Source: an uncultured Gemmatimonadales bacterium | GTDB lineage: Bacteria; Gemmatimonadota; Gemmatimonadetes; Longimicrobiales; RSA9 | Length of the DNA stretch: 64,000 nt | Assembly: GCA_963708135.1 (NCBI GenBank) | Contig: OY970192.1 | Location: forward strand, 704,001 to 768,000 | Reading direction: 5' to 3' | Shown: positions 38,828-47,660 of the stretch, in pieces | How the letters are laid out: every line of letters begins with the position of its first letter | Numbering within the stretch: the stretch's first letter is position 1 | Translations under genes and position numbers: made by a program | The notes under the pieces: generated by a model | The model's input: only the letters and a program-made list of their open reading frames with translations | Database searches by the model: none | Told to the model about the DNA's origin: nothing

Positions 38828-39026
38828 TCGAAGGCGTCGCGGGGCGGACCAAACTCCCACATCGTCGAGGCGCGCGCGGCGCGGCCGCAGAAGTGGCCGC
38901 TATGCGGACCAAAGTCCCCTCGCGTTCGCCGCCACAACCGGCGCGAGGGGACTTTGGTCCGCATAGCGGCCTAAACTGCGAGAGGGCTGCCGAGGGGGCG
39001 ACGATCGTGCAGAAAGGTCCGGGCGC
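38828..39026 (+). repeat. Palindromic dispersed repeat, copy D (right flank of the DUF559 gene; perfect arms, flipped loop)
   Basis: Perfect 30-bp inverted repeat 38895-38924 / 38942-38971; loop TTCGCCGCCACAACCGG. Confidence 0.95.
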
Positions 39027-39069
39027 GGCCGCCTCGACGTGCCCAGGCGACGGCTCGCGGCGGGCCAGC

Positions 39070-39230
39070 CGTGGATGGACCGGCCCCCGCGGATGGACCG
39101 GCCGCCGCGGATGCACCGGCCAGCGGCGGATCCACCGGCCGGCCGCGGATCCACCGGCCGGCCGCGGATCCACCGGCCGGTCGCGGATGCACCGGCCGAC
39201 CGCGGATGCACCGGCCGCGCGCGGATGCGG
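39070..39230 (+). repeat. 18-bp minisatellite (GCGGATSCACCGGCCNNN), about 9 units
   Basis: Repeated GGAT(G/C)(C/G)ACCGGCC cores. Confidence 0.9.
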
Positions 39231-39254
39231 CCGCCACGGCGGCTCGCGCCTTCC

Positions 39255-41489
39255 TCACCGTCCCTCACCCGCCGCGTAGCCGCCGGCCAGATCCCGATAC
39301 GCCCGCACCAGCTCCAGGAACCCGTGCCGGTAGCCGTCCCCGTCCTCGCCCAGACCCGCCCGGGCGAGGGCCAGCACCTGGTCGGCGGTGATGGAGCCGC
39401 GGTGCTCGGAGTGGCGGAGCAGCATGCCGAAGCCGGCGACGGCGGCGGCGAAGCGGAAGTCGGCGGACGGCCGCCCCGGCGCGGCGGCGACGCGGGAGCC
39501 CGAGCCGACGCGGGAGCCCGAGCCGACGCGGGAGCCCGAGCCGACGCGGGAGCCCGAGCCGCCCCCGGGAAACTCCACCGAGCCGTCCCGCGACGCCTCG
39601 CCCGCGACGTCGCGGATGCCGCGCGTCATGAGGCGGCTCGTCGTCCCGTGCGGCGCCTTGTAGCGCACCTTCACGAACGCCAGCTCGCGGCCGCCGCTCG
39701 GGTCGGCGAGGCGGCCGGGGGCGCGGTAGCGGAGCGGGTCCACCGGCGCGGGAACCGCGGTGGAGTCGGGGCAGGCGGCGTCGCGCCCGGAGGCGGCGTC
39801 GTGCCCGGAGGCGGAATCGCGCCCGGAGGCGGCGTCGTGCCCGGAGGCGGAATCGCGCCCGGAGGCCGCGTCGCGCCCCGCGGCCGCGTCGTGGCCGCAG
39901 GCCACATCGTCGCCGGAGGCGCCATCGTCGCCTGAGAGGGTGAGCTCGTAGAGCGCCGTCACGGTGTGCCCGGCGCCGAGCTCCCCCGCGTCCTTCCTGT
40001 CGTTGTTGAAGTCCTCCGGCGCGAGCAGGCGGTCCTCGTAGCCGAGCAGGCGATAGCTCCGCACGCGCGCGGGGTTGAACTCGACCTGGACCTTCACGTC
40101 CTTCGCGACGGTGACGAGCGTCGCGCCCATCTGGGCGACGAGGACCTTACGGGCTTCCTGCAGGCCGTCGATGTAGGCGTAGTTGCCGTTCCCGTACCTG
40201 GCGAGCTGCTCCATCTTCTCGTTCTGCAGGTTGCCGGTGCCGAAGCCGAGGACGGTCAGGAAGGTGCCGCCTTCGCGCTCCCGCTCGATGAGGCGGACCA
40301 TGGCGGCATCGCTCGACTCGCCGACGTTGAAATCGCCGTCGGTGGCGAGGATGACGCGGTTGTTGCCGCGGGGGTCGAAGCTCCTCCGCGCCACCTCGTA
40401 GGCCAGCCGCAGCCCCTCGCCGCCAGCGGTCGAGCCGCCCGCCTGCAGACGCTCGATAGCCTCCATGATGAGGTCCTTCCGGTCGCCGGGGGTGGGCCCC
40501 AGGACGAGGCCGGCCGCGCCCGCGTAGACGACGATGGCCACGCGGTCCACGGCCCGGAGCTGCGCGACGAGCAGCCGCAGCGACGCCTTCACCAGCGGCA
40601 GCTTGTCGGGCTCGTCCATGGAGCCGGAGACGTCGAGCAGGAAGACCAGGTTGGCGGGCGGCAGGTCGCTCGTGGCGATCGGGCGGCTGGCCAAGCCGAT
40701 GCGGAGCAGCCGGTGCTTCGGCGTCCAGGGCGCGCGGCCCACCTCGGTGGTGATGGCCACCGGGTCGTCGCCTCGCGGGGTCGGGTAGTCGTACGGGAAG
40801 TAGTTGACCAGCTCCTCGATGCGCACGGCGTCGACGGGCGGCAGCCGATGCTCGCGCAGCAGGAAGCGACGCACGTTGCTGTACGAGGCGGGGTCCACGT
40901 CGATCGCGAAGGTCGAGAGCGGGTGGTCGGCGACGGCGCGGAAGCCGTTCTCCTCGATGTGCCCGTACTGCTCGCGGTCCACTGGCGGCCGGTACCAACC
41001 CGCCGCGTCCCGGCGCACGCCGCCCGTTGCCGTCTGCGCGTACATCGGTGAAGGCGACGGCGCGGCCGCGACCGCCCGTCCCGCCGCCGACATCGCCGCG
41101 TCCGTCACCACCAGCTCGTTGAGCGACACCGTCGTCTGCCGGAGCCGGAAATCGGCGGTCACGGAATCCGCCGCCGCGCCGGACGGCACCCGCACCACCA
41201 GGCGCGCCTCGTTGTAGCCGAGCAGCGTCGCCACCAGCGTGAGCCGGCCCGAGGCGACGTCGCCGCGCGGCACCTCCAGCGCGTACCGCCCGCCCGCGTC
41301 CGAGAGCGCGCCGGCGCGGGTGCCGGCGACGTGGATCTGCGCCCCCGCGAGCGGGCTGCCGTCACTCGCGCGGACGACCCGCCCGCTCACGCGCACCGCC
41401 TCGCCCGCGGGCCGGGCGAGGGCGAGGGAGGTGGCGGCGAGAAGGGCGGCCAGGGGGAGGGAGAGGATCGAGCGTCGGGTGCGTCGCAT
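39255..41489 (-). CDS. CarboxypepD_reg plus vWA/YfbK (DUF3520)-type secreted protein
   Basis: Signal peptide; VSGRV..PLAGAQI; PLSTFAIDVDPASY, VRIEELVNYF, MIDAS DVSGSM, ILATDGDFNVG, AKDVKVQVEFNP, DFRFAAAVAGFG. Confidence 0.92.
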   Translation of the reverse strand: MRRTRRSILSLPLAALLAATSLALARPAGEAVRVSGRVVRASDGSPLAGAQIHVAGTRAGALSDAGGRYALEVPRGDVASGRLTLVATLLGYNEARLVVRVPSGAAADSVTADFRLRQTTVSLNELVVTDAAMSAAGRAVAAAPSPSPMYAQTATGGVRRDAAGWYRPPVDREQYGHIEENGFRAVADHPLSTFAIDVDPASYSNVRRFLLREHRLPPVDAVRIEELVNYFPYDYPTPRGDDPVAITTEVGRAPWTPKHRLLRIGLASRPIATSDLPPANLVFLLDVSGSMDEPDKLPLVKASLRLLVAQLRAVDRVAIVVYAGAAGLVLGPTPGDRKDLIMEAIERLQAGGSTAGGEGLRLAYEVARRSFDPRGNNRVILATDGDFNVGESSDAAMVRLIEREREGGTFLTVLGFGTGNLQNEKMEQLARYGNGNYAYIDGLQEARKVLVAQMGATLVTVAKDVKVQVEFNPARVRSYRLLGYEDRLLAPEDFNNDRKDAGELGAGHTVTALYELTLSGDDGASGDDVACGHDAAAGRDAASGRDSASGHDAASGRDSASGHDAASGRDAACPDSTAVPAPVDPLRYRAPGRLADPSGGRELAFVKVRYKAPHGTTSRLMTRGIRDVAGEASRDGSVEFPGGGSGSRVGSGSRVGSGSRVGSGSRVAAAPGRPSADFRFAAAVAGFGMLLRHSEHRGSITADQVLALARAGLGEDGDGYRHGFLELVRAYRDLAGGYAAGEGR

Positions 41490-41556
41490 GGGGTCCTCCT
41501 CGCGTGCTCGGGATGTGCGCAGGCGGCCGGGCAGCCGGGCGTCCGGTCTCGAGCGG

Positions 41557-41585
41557 TACGACGAACGAGGAGGGAGGATTTGCAC
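41557..41585 (-). promoter_or_regulatory. Putative ECF promoter for the vWA gene
   Basis: GTGCAAATCCTCCCTCCTCGTTCGTCGTA aligns without gaps with the motif upstream of the sigma gene at 42759. Confidence 0.6.
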
Positions 41586-41665
41586 GCGGGGGGAACCGGG
41601 GCTCCTGCGGCTGAGGCCCGGCGACGATCAGGTCGACAAGGCAGCGGGGCCGCCACGGAGCCGGC

Positions 41666-42526
41666 TCAGCCCGGCGAGGTCAGGAACGCGGCGGCGTGCT
41701 CGGTGGCCCACTCGCGGAACGTCCGCGCGGGGGTGCCGGTGACCTGCTCGATGGTGTGCGTGACGTAGGCGGGCTGCCCGAGCGCGGCGCCCCACGCCCC
41801 CAGCAGCATGCCGGCGACGGCGGGCGGCATGCCCAGCCCGGTCAGCGCCTCCTCGGGCGACATCTCCTCGAAGCGCAGCGTCGTCCGCCCGATGACCTCG
41901 CCGATCGTGCGCACCTGCGCCGCCTGGGTCAGGGAGGCGGGTCCGGTGAGCACGTAGTCGGCACCGGCGTGGGCGTCGTCCGAGAGCGCGCGCACGGCGA
42001 CGTCGGCAACGTCGCGCTCATGGACGGGCGCGGTCTCCGCCGCCCCGTACGGCCAGTGGACGACGTCGCCCGCGCGGATCTGCGGCGCCCACCAGAACAG
42101 CGCGTTCGAGGCGAACATGCCGGGGCGCAGGATCGTCCAAGCCACCCCCGAGGAGGCGACGAGATCGTCCAGCTGCGCGTGCACGGCCCGCAAGGCGTTC
42201 GGCTGCTGGAAGAACGGGTGCGCCGTGCGGTGAGGCGAGGAGAGGAGCACGATGCGCCGTGCGCGCGCGGCCATGCGGGCCACGACATCGGGCGCGGTGG
42301 CCGGCGGCGCGGCCCAGACGAGGAAGACCGCATCCACGTCGTCGAGGGCGGCCTCCAGCGACTCCGGCACCGTGAGATCCGCCGCGACGAGCTCGACGCC
42401 GGCAGGCAGCCGCGCGGCGGCCGGGTCGCGCGTGAGCCCACGCACCTCCGCTCCGGCCGCGAGCAGCCCCGCGACCACCTGGCGCCCGACTCGGCCGGTG
42501 GCGCCCGTGACGAGGACACGATTCAT
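41666..42526 (-). CDS. NmrA-like NAD(P)H-binding protein
   Basis: VLVTGATGRVG, WTILRPGMFASN, VHERDVADVA. Confidence 0.9.
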   Translation of the reverse strand: MNRVLVTGATGRVGRQVVAGLLAAGAEVRGLTRDPAAARLPAGVELVAADLTVPESLEAALDDVDAVFLVWAAPPATAPDVVARMAARARRIVLLSSPHRTAHPFFQQPNALRAVHAQLDDLVASSGVAWTILRPGMFASNALFWWAPQIRAGDVVHWPYGAAETAPVHERDVADVAVRALSDDAHAGADYVLTGPASLTQAAQVRTIGEVIGRTTLRFEEMSPEEALTGLGMPPAVAGMLLGAWGAALGQPAYVTHTIEQVTGTPARTFREWATEHAAAFLTSPG

Positions 42527-42724
42527 GTGGGCCGGCTCCGGTGCGGGAGATCATTGCCTCGCATGCGCGAATATACTCCGCCTCGTGCGCGAGCGGGTGG
42601 GAACCCCATGCGGGAGGCACGTCACGCTGTTCCGAAGGTGAGGCCGCCGCCGGAGCAGAGAGAAGGCGGGATGGACAACGCAGGCGTCGCCGGAGGCAGG
42701 GTACTAGCTTCCGGACGGACCCTT

Positions 42725-42753
42725 GTGCAACTCACCGCCACTGATTCGTCGAA
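42725..42753 (+). promoter_or_regulatory. Putative autoregulatory ECF promoter
   Basis: GTGCAACTCACCGCCACTGATTCGTCGAA directly before the ATG at 42759. Confidence 0.6.
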
Positions 42754-42758
42754 AGCGC

Positions 42759-43328
42759 ATGAAGCGACCACGGCTGGGCGTGGGGGACCGGAGCGGCGCT
42801 CCCGGAACCGCGAGGCGGGGCCGGACGGACTGGGCGTCGGTGTACCGCGCCGTCTACCCGGAGGTCGTGCGCTTCCTCGGCTGGATGCTGTGGGACGAGG
42901 AGCGGGCGAAGGACCTGGCGCAGGAGGCGTTCGCGCGCGTGCTGGACAAGGACGCCGACAACCCGCGCGGCCTCGTCTTCCGCACGGCGGCCAACCTGGC
43001 GCGTGACGAGGCGAGGACCATTGTCAGGCGACGTCGCCACCTGAAGCTCCTGCGCGTCGAGGAGGACGTCCGGGCCGAGCACGCCGCGACGCCCGCCGAG
43101 GGGCTCGAGGCGAGGGAGCGCGACGCGCGGCTGCGGCGGGCGCTGGAGTCGCTCACGGAGCGCGACCGGCAGGTGCTGCTCCTCTGGAACGCCGGCTTCG
43201 ACTACACGGAGATCGCCGAGCAGACGGGCCTCGCCAAGGGCGCCATCGGCACCACCGTGGCCCGCGCGAAGAAGAAACTCGTGAGCGCGCATGACGCGCT
43301 GGAGGCGACCGATGCGGCACTTGGATGA
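42759..43328 (+). CDS. ECF sigma factor
   Basis: AKDLAQEAFARV, FRTAANLARD, YTEIAEQTGLAKGAIGTTVARAK. Confidence 0.92.
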   Translation: MKRPRLGVGDRSGAPGTARRGRTDWASVYRAVYPEVVRFLGWMLWDEERAKDLAQEAFARVLDKDADNPRGLVFRTAANLARDEARTIVRRRRHLKLLRVEEDVRAEHAATPAEGLEARERDARLRRALESLTERDRQVLLLWNAGFDYTEIAEQTGLAKGAIGTTVARAKKKLVSAHDALEATDAALG

Positions 43329-44820
43329 CGGCACCCTCCAGGCCTGGCTGGACGAGGAGCGCGCGGGGCTCTCGCCCGCCGAGCGCGACGACGTCGAGCG
43401 CCACCTCGCCGCGTGCGCGGAGTGCGCCGCGCGGCTGGAGGCGCTGGCGGGGCTGGACGGCCGGGCGAGGGCGCTGCTGGGGGCGGAGGGCGCGGGCGCA
43501 GCCGACATCCCGGACTTCGAGCGGGTGGTGGAGCGGGCGGGGCGGGGAGGCGGCGGCGCCCGCCGTCGCCCGGCCTGGACCGCGGCCGCCTGGGCGGCGA
43601 CGGTGGTGCTGGCGGTGGCGGTGGGGTGGCTCGTGCGCGGGCAGCCGCATCGGGATGTCGCCATGGCGACGGCGCGCGCTCCGGAGCCGGCGTCCGCGCC
43701 GGCGGTCGTGGCCGCGGCGCCGTCGCCGGCGAAGTCCGGCGTGACGGGGGGCGCTCCGGCCGCGGCGGTCGAGCCCGGGGCAAACGAGTCCGGCCGCATC
43801 CCGCCCGCGGAGCCGCGCGGGGCGGTGGCCGAGGCGCGGCCAGCCGCGCCCGGGCCGGAGCCCGCGCCGGCCGCGCCCGGGCCGGAGGCCCCCCTGAACG
43901 GAGACGTGGCCCTGAAGACGGAGGCGCGGCGGTCGCTGGCCGAGGCGGCCCCCTCCGCGGCGACGTTGGCGCCGGGTCGTTCGATGCAGGCGGCCAGGGC
44001 GGTGGCCGGAGCGGCCGCGCCCGCCGTGGTGCGCGGGCGGGTGACGGATGAATCCGGGAGGCCGCTGGCGGGCGCCCAGGTCGTTGCGAACGGCACGGGT
44101 GGGGGCGTGATCACCGATGCGGAGGGAAGCTTCTCGCTGCCACTGACGCGGTTGCCGGCGGACTCCGCCCGGCGCGAGGTGAGCGTGACCGCGCGGCTGC
44201 TCGGCTACGCCCCGGCGAGCCGGTCGCTACCCTTGCCGGAGGCAGCCGACGCCTCCATGGACATCCGGCTGTCGCCCGAAAGCGTCGCGCTCAACGCGAT
44301 CGTCGTCGCCGGCGGAGGCGACCGGGACGACACGCCCGCTTCCCCGGCGTCCCGCGCCGTGACGTACCGCTCCGCCGCCATAGACGCGAACGGCGACCTT
44401 GCCATCGTGACGGACGGTGGGGCGACCATCACCGTCCGGAAGGAAGCCGACCAGACGTCGTTCTCGGCGCCGGTCATCTCTTCTTCTCGAGCGGCGGTCG
44501 GTGCCCGGGCGATGTTCCCGAGCTGTTGCACGTCGTACGATCTCCCCCTCCAGCTCGTGGTCTACGCGGCGGGCAAGGTGCACAGGTTCACGGGAGTCGA
44601 GCTCCCGATCTTCCGGTGGGCCTTCGAGGACGGGGGAACCCGTGTCGCATACGGGCAGGAGCCGGCTCACTTCGGCTGCACGACGCACTACGAGCTGAGG
44701 GACGTCGAATCTGAGCGACTCATCGAAACCGTGGACGTTCCGGAGGCGTGCGGGGAGAACCCCGAGCCGAAGCCGGTGAAGACCCCGCCCTGGGTTGCGG
44801 AGCTCATGTCGAAGAAGTAG
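43312..44820 (+). CDS. zf-HC2 anti-sigma factor with TM, CarboxypepD_reg domain and an extra Cys-containing C-terminal domain
   Basis: HLAACAEC; TM WAATVVLAVAVGW; VRGRVTDESGRPLAGAQV; tail SCCTSYDLPLQLVVY..IFRWAF. Confidence 0.85.
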   Translation: MRHLDDGTLQAWLDEERAGLSPAERDDVERHLAACAECAARLEALAGLDGRARALLGAEGAGAADIPDFERVVERAGRGGGGARRRPAWTAAAWAATVVLAVAVGWLVRGQPHRDVAMATARAPEPASAPAVVAAAPSPAKSGVTGGAPAAAVEPGANESGRIPPAEPRGAVAEARPAAPGPEPAPAAPGPEAPLNGDVALKTEARRSLAEAAPSAATLAPGRSMQAARAVAGAAAPAVVRGRVTDESGRPLAGAQVVANGTGGGVITDAEGSFSLPLTRLPADSARREVSVTARLLGYAPASRSLPLPEAADASMDIRLSPESVALNAIVVAGGGDRDDTPASPASRAVTYRSAAIDANGDLAIVTDGGATITVRKEADQTSFSAPVISSSRAAVGARAMFPSCCTSYDLPLQLVVYAAGKVHRFTGVELPIFRWAFEDGGTRVAYGQEPAHFGCTTHYELRDVESERLIETVDVPEACGENPEPKPVKTPPWVAELMSKK

Positions 44821-45053
44821 GCCCGCTCGCCGCGACATGAGGCCGGCGGTGCGCCGGCGCCCGGGGACCTGCGATCGCCGGTCCGTTTCCTCCGGCGCCG
44901 TCCGAGCGCTCCGTAACAGAGCTGTTCCGGACTCGGACCCGCCGGAGGACGCCGGAGGACGCCGAGGACGCCGGAGGACGCCCGCCGGGCTTGACTCCAT
45001 CCGCGGGGCGGTCCAGCTTCGAGCGTCCCTTCCTCCCCTCACCCCGGACCTCC

Positions 45054-46910
45054 ATGCGTCGTAGCCTTTTCTCGGAGCTGAAGCGCCGGAACGTGTGGCG
45101 CGCGGCGGCGCTGTACGCGGCCGGCGCGTGGCTGCTCGTGCAGGTGGCGACGCAGGTGTTCCCCTTCCTGGACGTGCCGAACTGGGTTGTGCGCTGGGTG
45201 ATCGTGGCGGTGCTGGTCGGCTTCCCGTTCTGGATCGCGTTCGCGTGGCTGTACGAGATCACGCCCCAGGGTATCAGGCGCGAGAGCGACGTCGCCACCG
45301 AGGAGTCGGTCGCGCACCGGACGGGCCGCACGCTGGACCGCTGGATCATCGGCATACTCTCGGTGGCCGTGGTGCTGCTGGTGACCAATCTGTTAATGTG
45401 GCACCGGGGCGGCGCGGGGAGCGGGGCCGGCGGCGCAACGGCGGCGGCCGGCGGCGCCACGAGCGGGAGCGGCGGTGCGCCGGCCGTGCCCGCGCGCTCG
45501 ATCGCGGTGCTGCCGTTCGTGAACGAGTCGTCGGACCCGCAGCAGGGGTACTTCGCGGACGGGATCTCGGAGGATCTGCTCGACCTGCTGACCAAGATCC
45601 CGGCGCTGCGGGTGGCGGCGCGGACGTCGTCGTTCTCCTTCAAGGGGCAGAACCTCGATGTGCCGGAGATCGCGCGGCGGCTGAACGTGGCGAACGTGCT
45701 CCAGGGGTCGGTCCGGCGGGCGGGCGACGAGGTTCGGATCTCGGTGCAGCTCGTCCACGCGGCCGACGGCTATCAGGTGTGGTCGCAGAGGTGGGACCGC
45801 AAGCTCACCGACGTGTTCGCCATCCAGGACGAGATCGCGCGGGCCGTGGCCAGGCAGCTGCAGGCGAAGCTGCTGGGGGCGGCGCCGCGGGCGCAGCCGA
45901 CCGACCCGGGGGCGTACGCGCTCTTCCTCCAGGCGCGGGAGTTGGGCCGGCAGCAGCGGCCCGAGGCGATGCTGCGCTCGGACTCGCTCTACCGGCGGGT
46001 TCTCGCGGCGGATCCCCGCTACGCGCCGGCCTGGACGGAGCTGGCCCGCAACTTCGTGCACGAAACGAACATCGGGATGGTGCCGAACGACGAGGGGCTG
46101 AAGCGGGCGCGCGAGGCGGCCGGGAAGGCGCTCGCGCTCGATCCCGACTACGCGCCGGCCCACGGCATCCTCGGCTACATCGCCACGTCGGACGGCGACC
46201 TCACGGGGGCGGCCCGCGAGCTGGAGCGAGCGCTCGCGCTCGACCCGACCGATCTCGACGTGCTGGGAAGGAGCGCGTCGCTGCTCGAGTCGCTGGGCCG
46301 GCTGAAGGAGGCGATCGCGCTCCAGGAGTATGTCGTCGCCCGCGACCCGGTGAACGTGAGCCAGGTGTTCAACCTGGGCCTCTACTCCCTCTGGGCCGGC
46401 CGCTACGACGACGCCATCGCCCGCCTACGGACGGTGCTGAGCCTGAGCCCGGGCCGCGGCAGCGCCCACCACTCGATCGGCGAGGCGCTGCTGCTGAAGG
46501 GGTACGCACCGGCGGCGCTCGCGGAGATGCGGCAGGAGACGAGCGAGATGTGGCGCATGATCGGCATGCCCATGGTCTATCACGCGCTCGGGCGGAAGGC
46601 GGCGTCCGACTCCGCACTCGCGGCGCTCATCCGCAAGTACGACAAGGAGGCGCCGTACAACATCGCCTACGTCTACGCCTACCGGGGCCAGGCGGACCAG
46701 GCCTTCGCCTGGCTGAACAAGGCCAATGAGTACGGCGACCCGGGGCTCTCCGAGATCACCGATGAGCCCCTCTTCGACAGGATCCGCTCCGACCCGCGCT
46801 GGCTGCCGTTCCTGCGCCGCATCGGCAAGGCGCACGAGCAGCTCGAGCGGATCCAGTTCCACGTCGCGGTTCCGGGGACGGGGGAGGCAGCGGCGGCCGC
46901 GGCGGAGTAG
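45054..46910 (+). CDS. TolB-N/TPR membrane protein (adenylate-cyclase-associated architecture)
   Basis: ELKRRNV..Y...W TM hairpin; SIAVLPFVN.S.D..YFADGISED; DVFAIQDEIA; TPRs; DPRW. Confidence 0.9.
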   Translation: MRRSLFSELKRRNVWRAAALYAAGAWLLVQVATQVFPFLDVPNWVVRWVIVAVLVGFPFWIAFAWLYEITPQGIRRESDVATEESVAHRTGRTLDRWIIGILSVAVVLLVTNLLMWHRGGAGSGAGGATAAAGGATSGSGGAPAVPARSIAVLPFVNESSDPQQGYFADGISEDLLDLLTKIPALRVAARTSSFSFKGQNLDVPEIARRLNVANVLQGSVRRAGDEVRISVQLVHAADGYQVWSQRWDRKLTDVFAIQDEIARAVARQLQAKLLGAAPRAQPTDPGAYALFLQARELGRQQRPEAMLRSDSLYRRVLAADPRYAPAWTELARNFVHETNIGMVPNDEGLKRAREAAGKALALDPDYAPAHGILGYIATSDGDLTGAARELERALALDPTDLDVLGRSASLLESLGRLKEAIALQEYVVARDPVNVSQVFNLGLYSLWAGRYDDAIARLRTVLSLSPGRGSAHHSIGEALLLKGYAPAALAEMRQETSEMWRMIGMPMVYHALGRKAASDSALAALIRKYDKEAPYNIAYVYAYRGQADQAFAWLNKANEYGDPGLSEITDEPLFDRIRSDPRWLPFLRRIGKAHEQLERIQFHVAVPGTGEAAAAAAE

Positions 46911-46927
46911 CCGGTGCAGCTTCGCGA

Positions 46928-47581
46928 TTACGCGTGTACATCGGCCTCGCGCTCCCAAACCTCCACCTCCCAGACCAGGGTCCGGCTCCGCCAGCGCGGG
47001 ACGAGCCCGCGCTGGCGCACCACACGGCGGATCTCCTCGGGTGGGTGGAGGAAGGTGCGCATGGGGATGCGGCGCAGCCGCTGCACGAGGTTGATCACCG
47101 GCAGCATCAGCCGGTTCAGCAGGGTGCGGCGAGGGTAGACGGTGCCCCAGAGGCGGCGCGCGCGATCCGCCGACTCGGCGACGAGGGCCTCCATCGCCGG
47201 ATAGCAGCAGATCACCTTGTCGAGGGTGACGACATCGGCCGGGGAGAGGGTGTCCGCGAGCTCGAGGAAGTCGCCGTGGAGGAAGCGGATCCGGTCGTTC
47301 AGGTGCCGGCGCAGCGCCTCCTGCCGCGCGGCATCCAGGAGGGCCGACGAGGCGTCCACCGCCACCGCGCTCCGGGCGCCGTCCTCGAGCAGCGCGTGCT
47401 GGATGCCGCCCACGCCGCCGCCAATGTCGAGCAGGGTCTCGCCGCCGCCGGCCTCGAGGATCGCGGCCACGAGCAGGCGCGTGGGCGCTCCGACTCCGCG
47501 GCGCCGGTAGCGTCGCAGCTCGCGGCGGGCGAAGTCCTCGCCGAACTCCTTCTCCAGGCCGACGCACTGGGGGCAGGTCAC
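46928..47581 (-). CDS. Class I SAM methyltransferase (BchM-like fold)
   Basis: LLDIGGGVG, ADVVTLDKVICCYP; GTG start after TATAT. Confidence 0.8.
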   Translation of the reverse strand: MTCPQCVGLEKEFGEDFARRELRRYRRRGVGAPTRLLVAAILEAGGGETLLDIGGGVGGIQHALLEDGARSAVAVDASSALLDAARQEALRRHLNDRIRFLHGDFLELADTLSPADVVTLDKVICCYPAMEALVAESADRARRLWGTVYPRRTLLNRLMLPVINLVQRLRRIPMRTFLHPPEEIRRVVRQRGLVPRWRSRTLVWEVEVWEREADVHA

Positions 47582-47660
47582 GGGCGATATATAGCGAGGA
47601 GAGGTCGGGCGCGTCCAGGGGGGGCCCGCCCCGACGTCGGGGTCGGTGTGTGGGTAGGGA

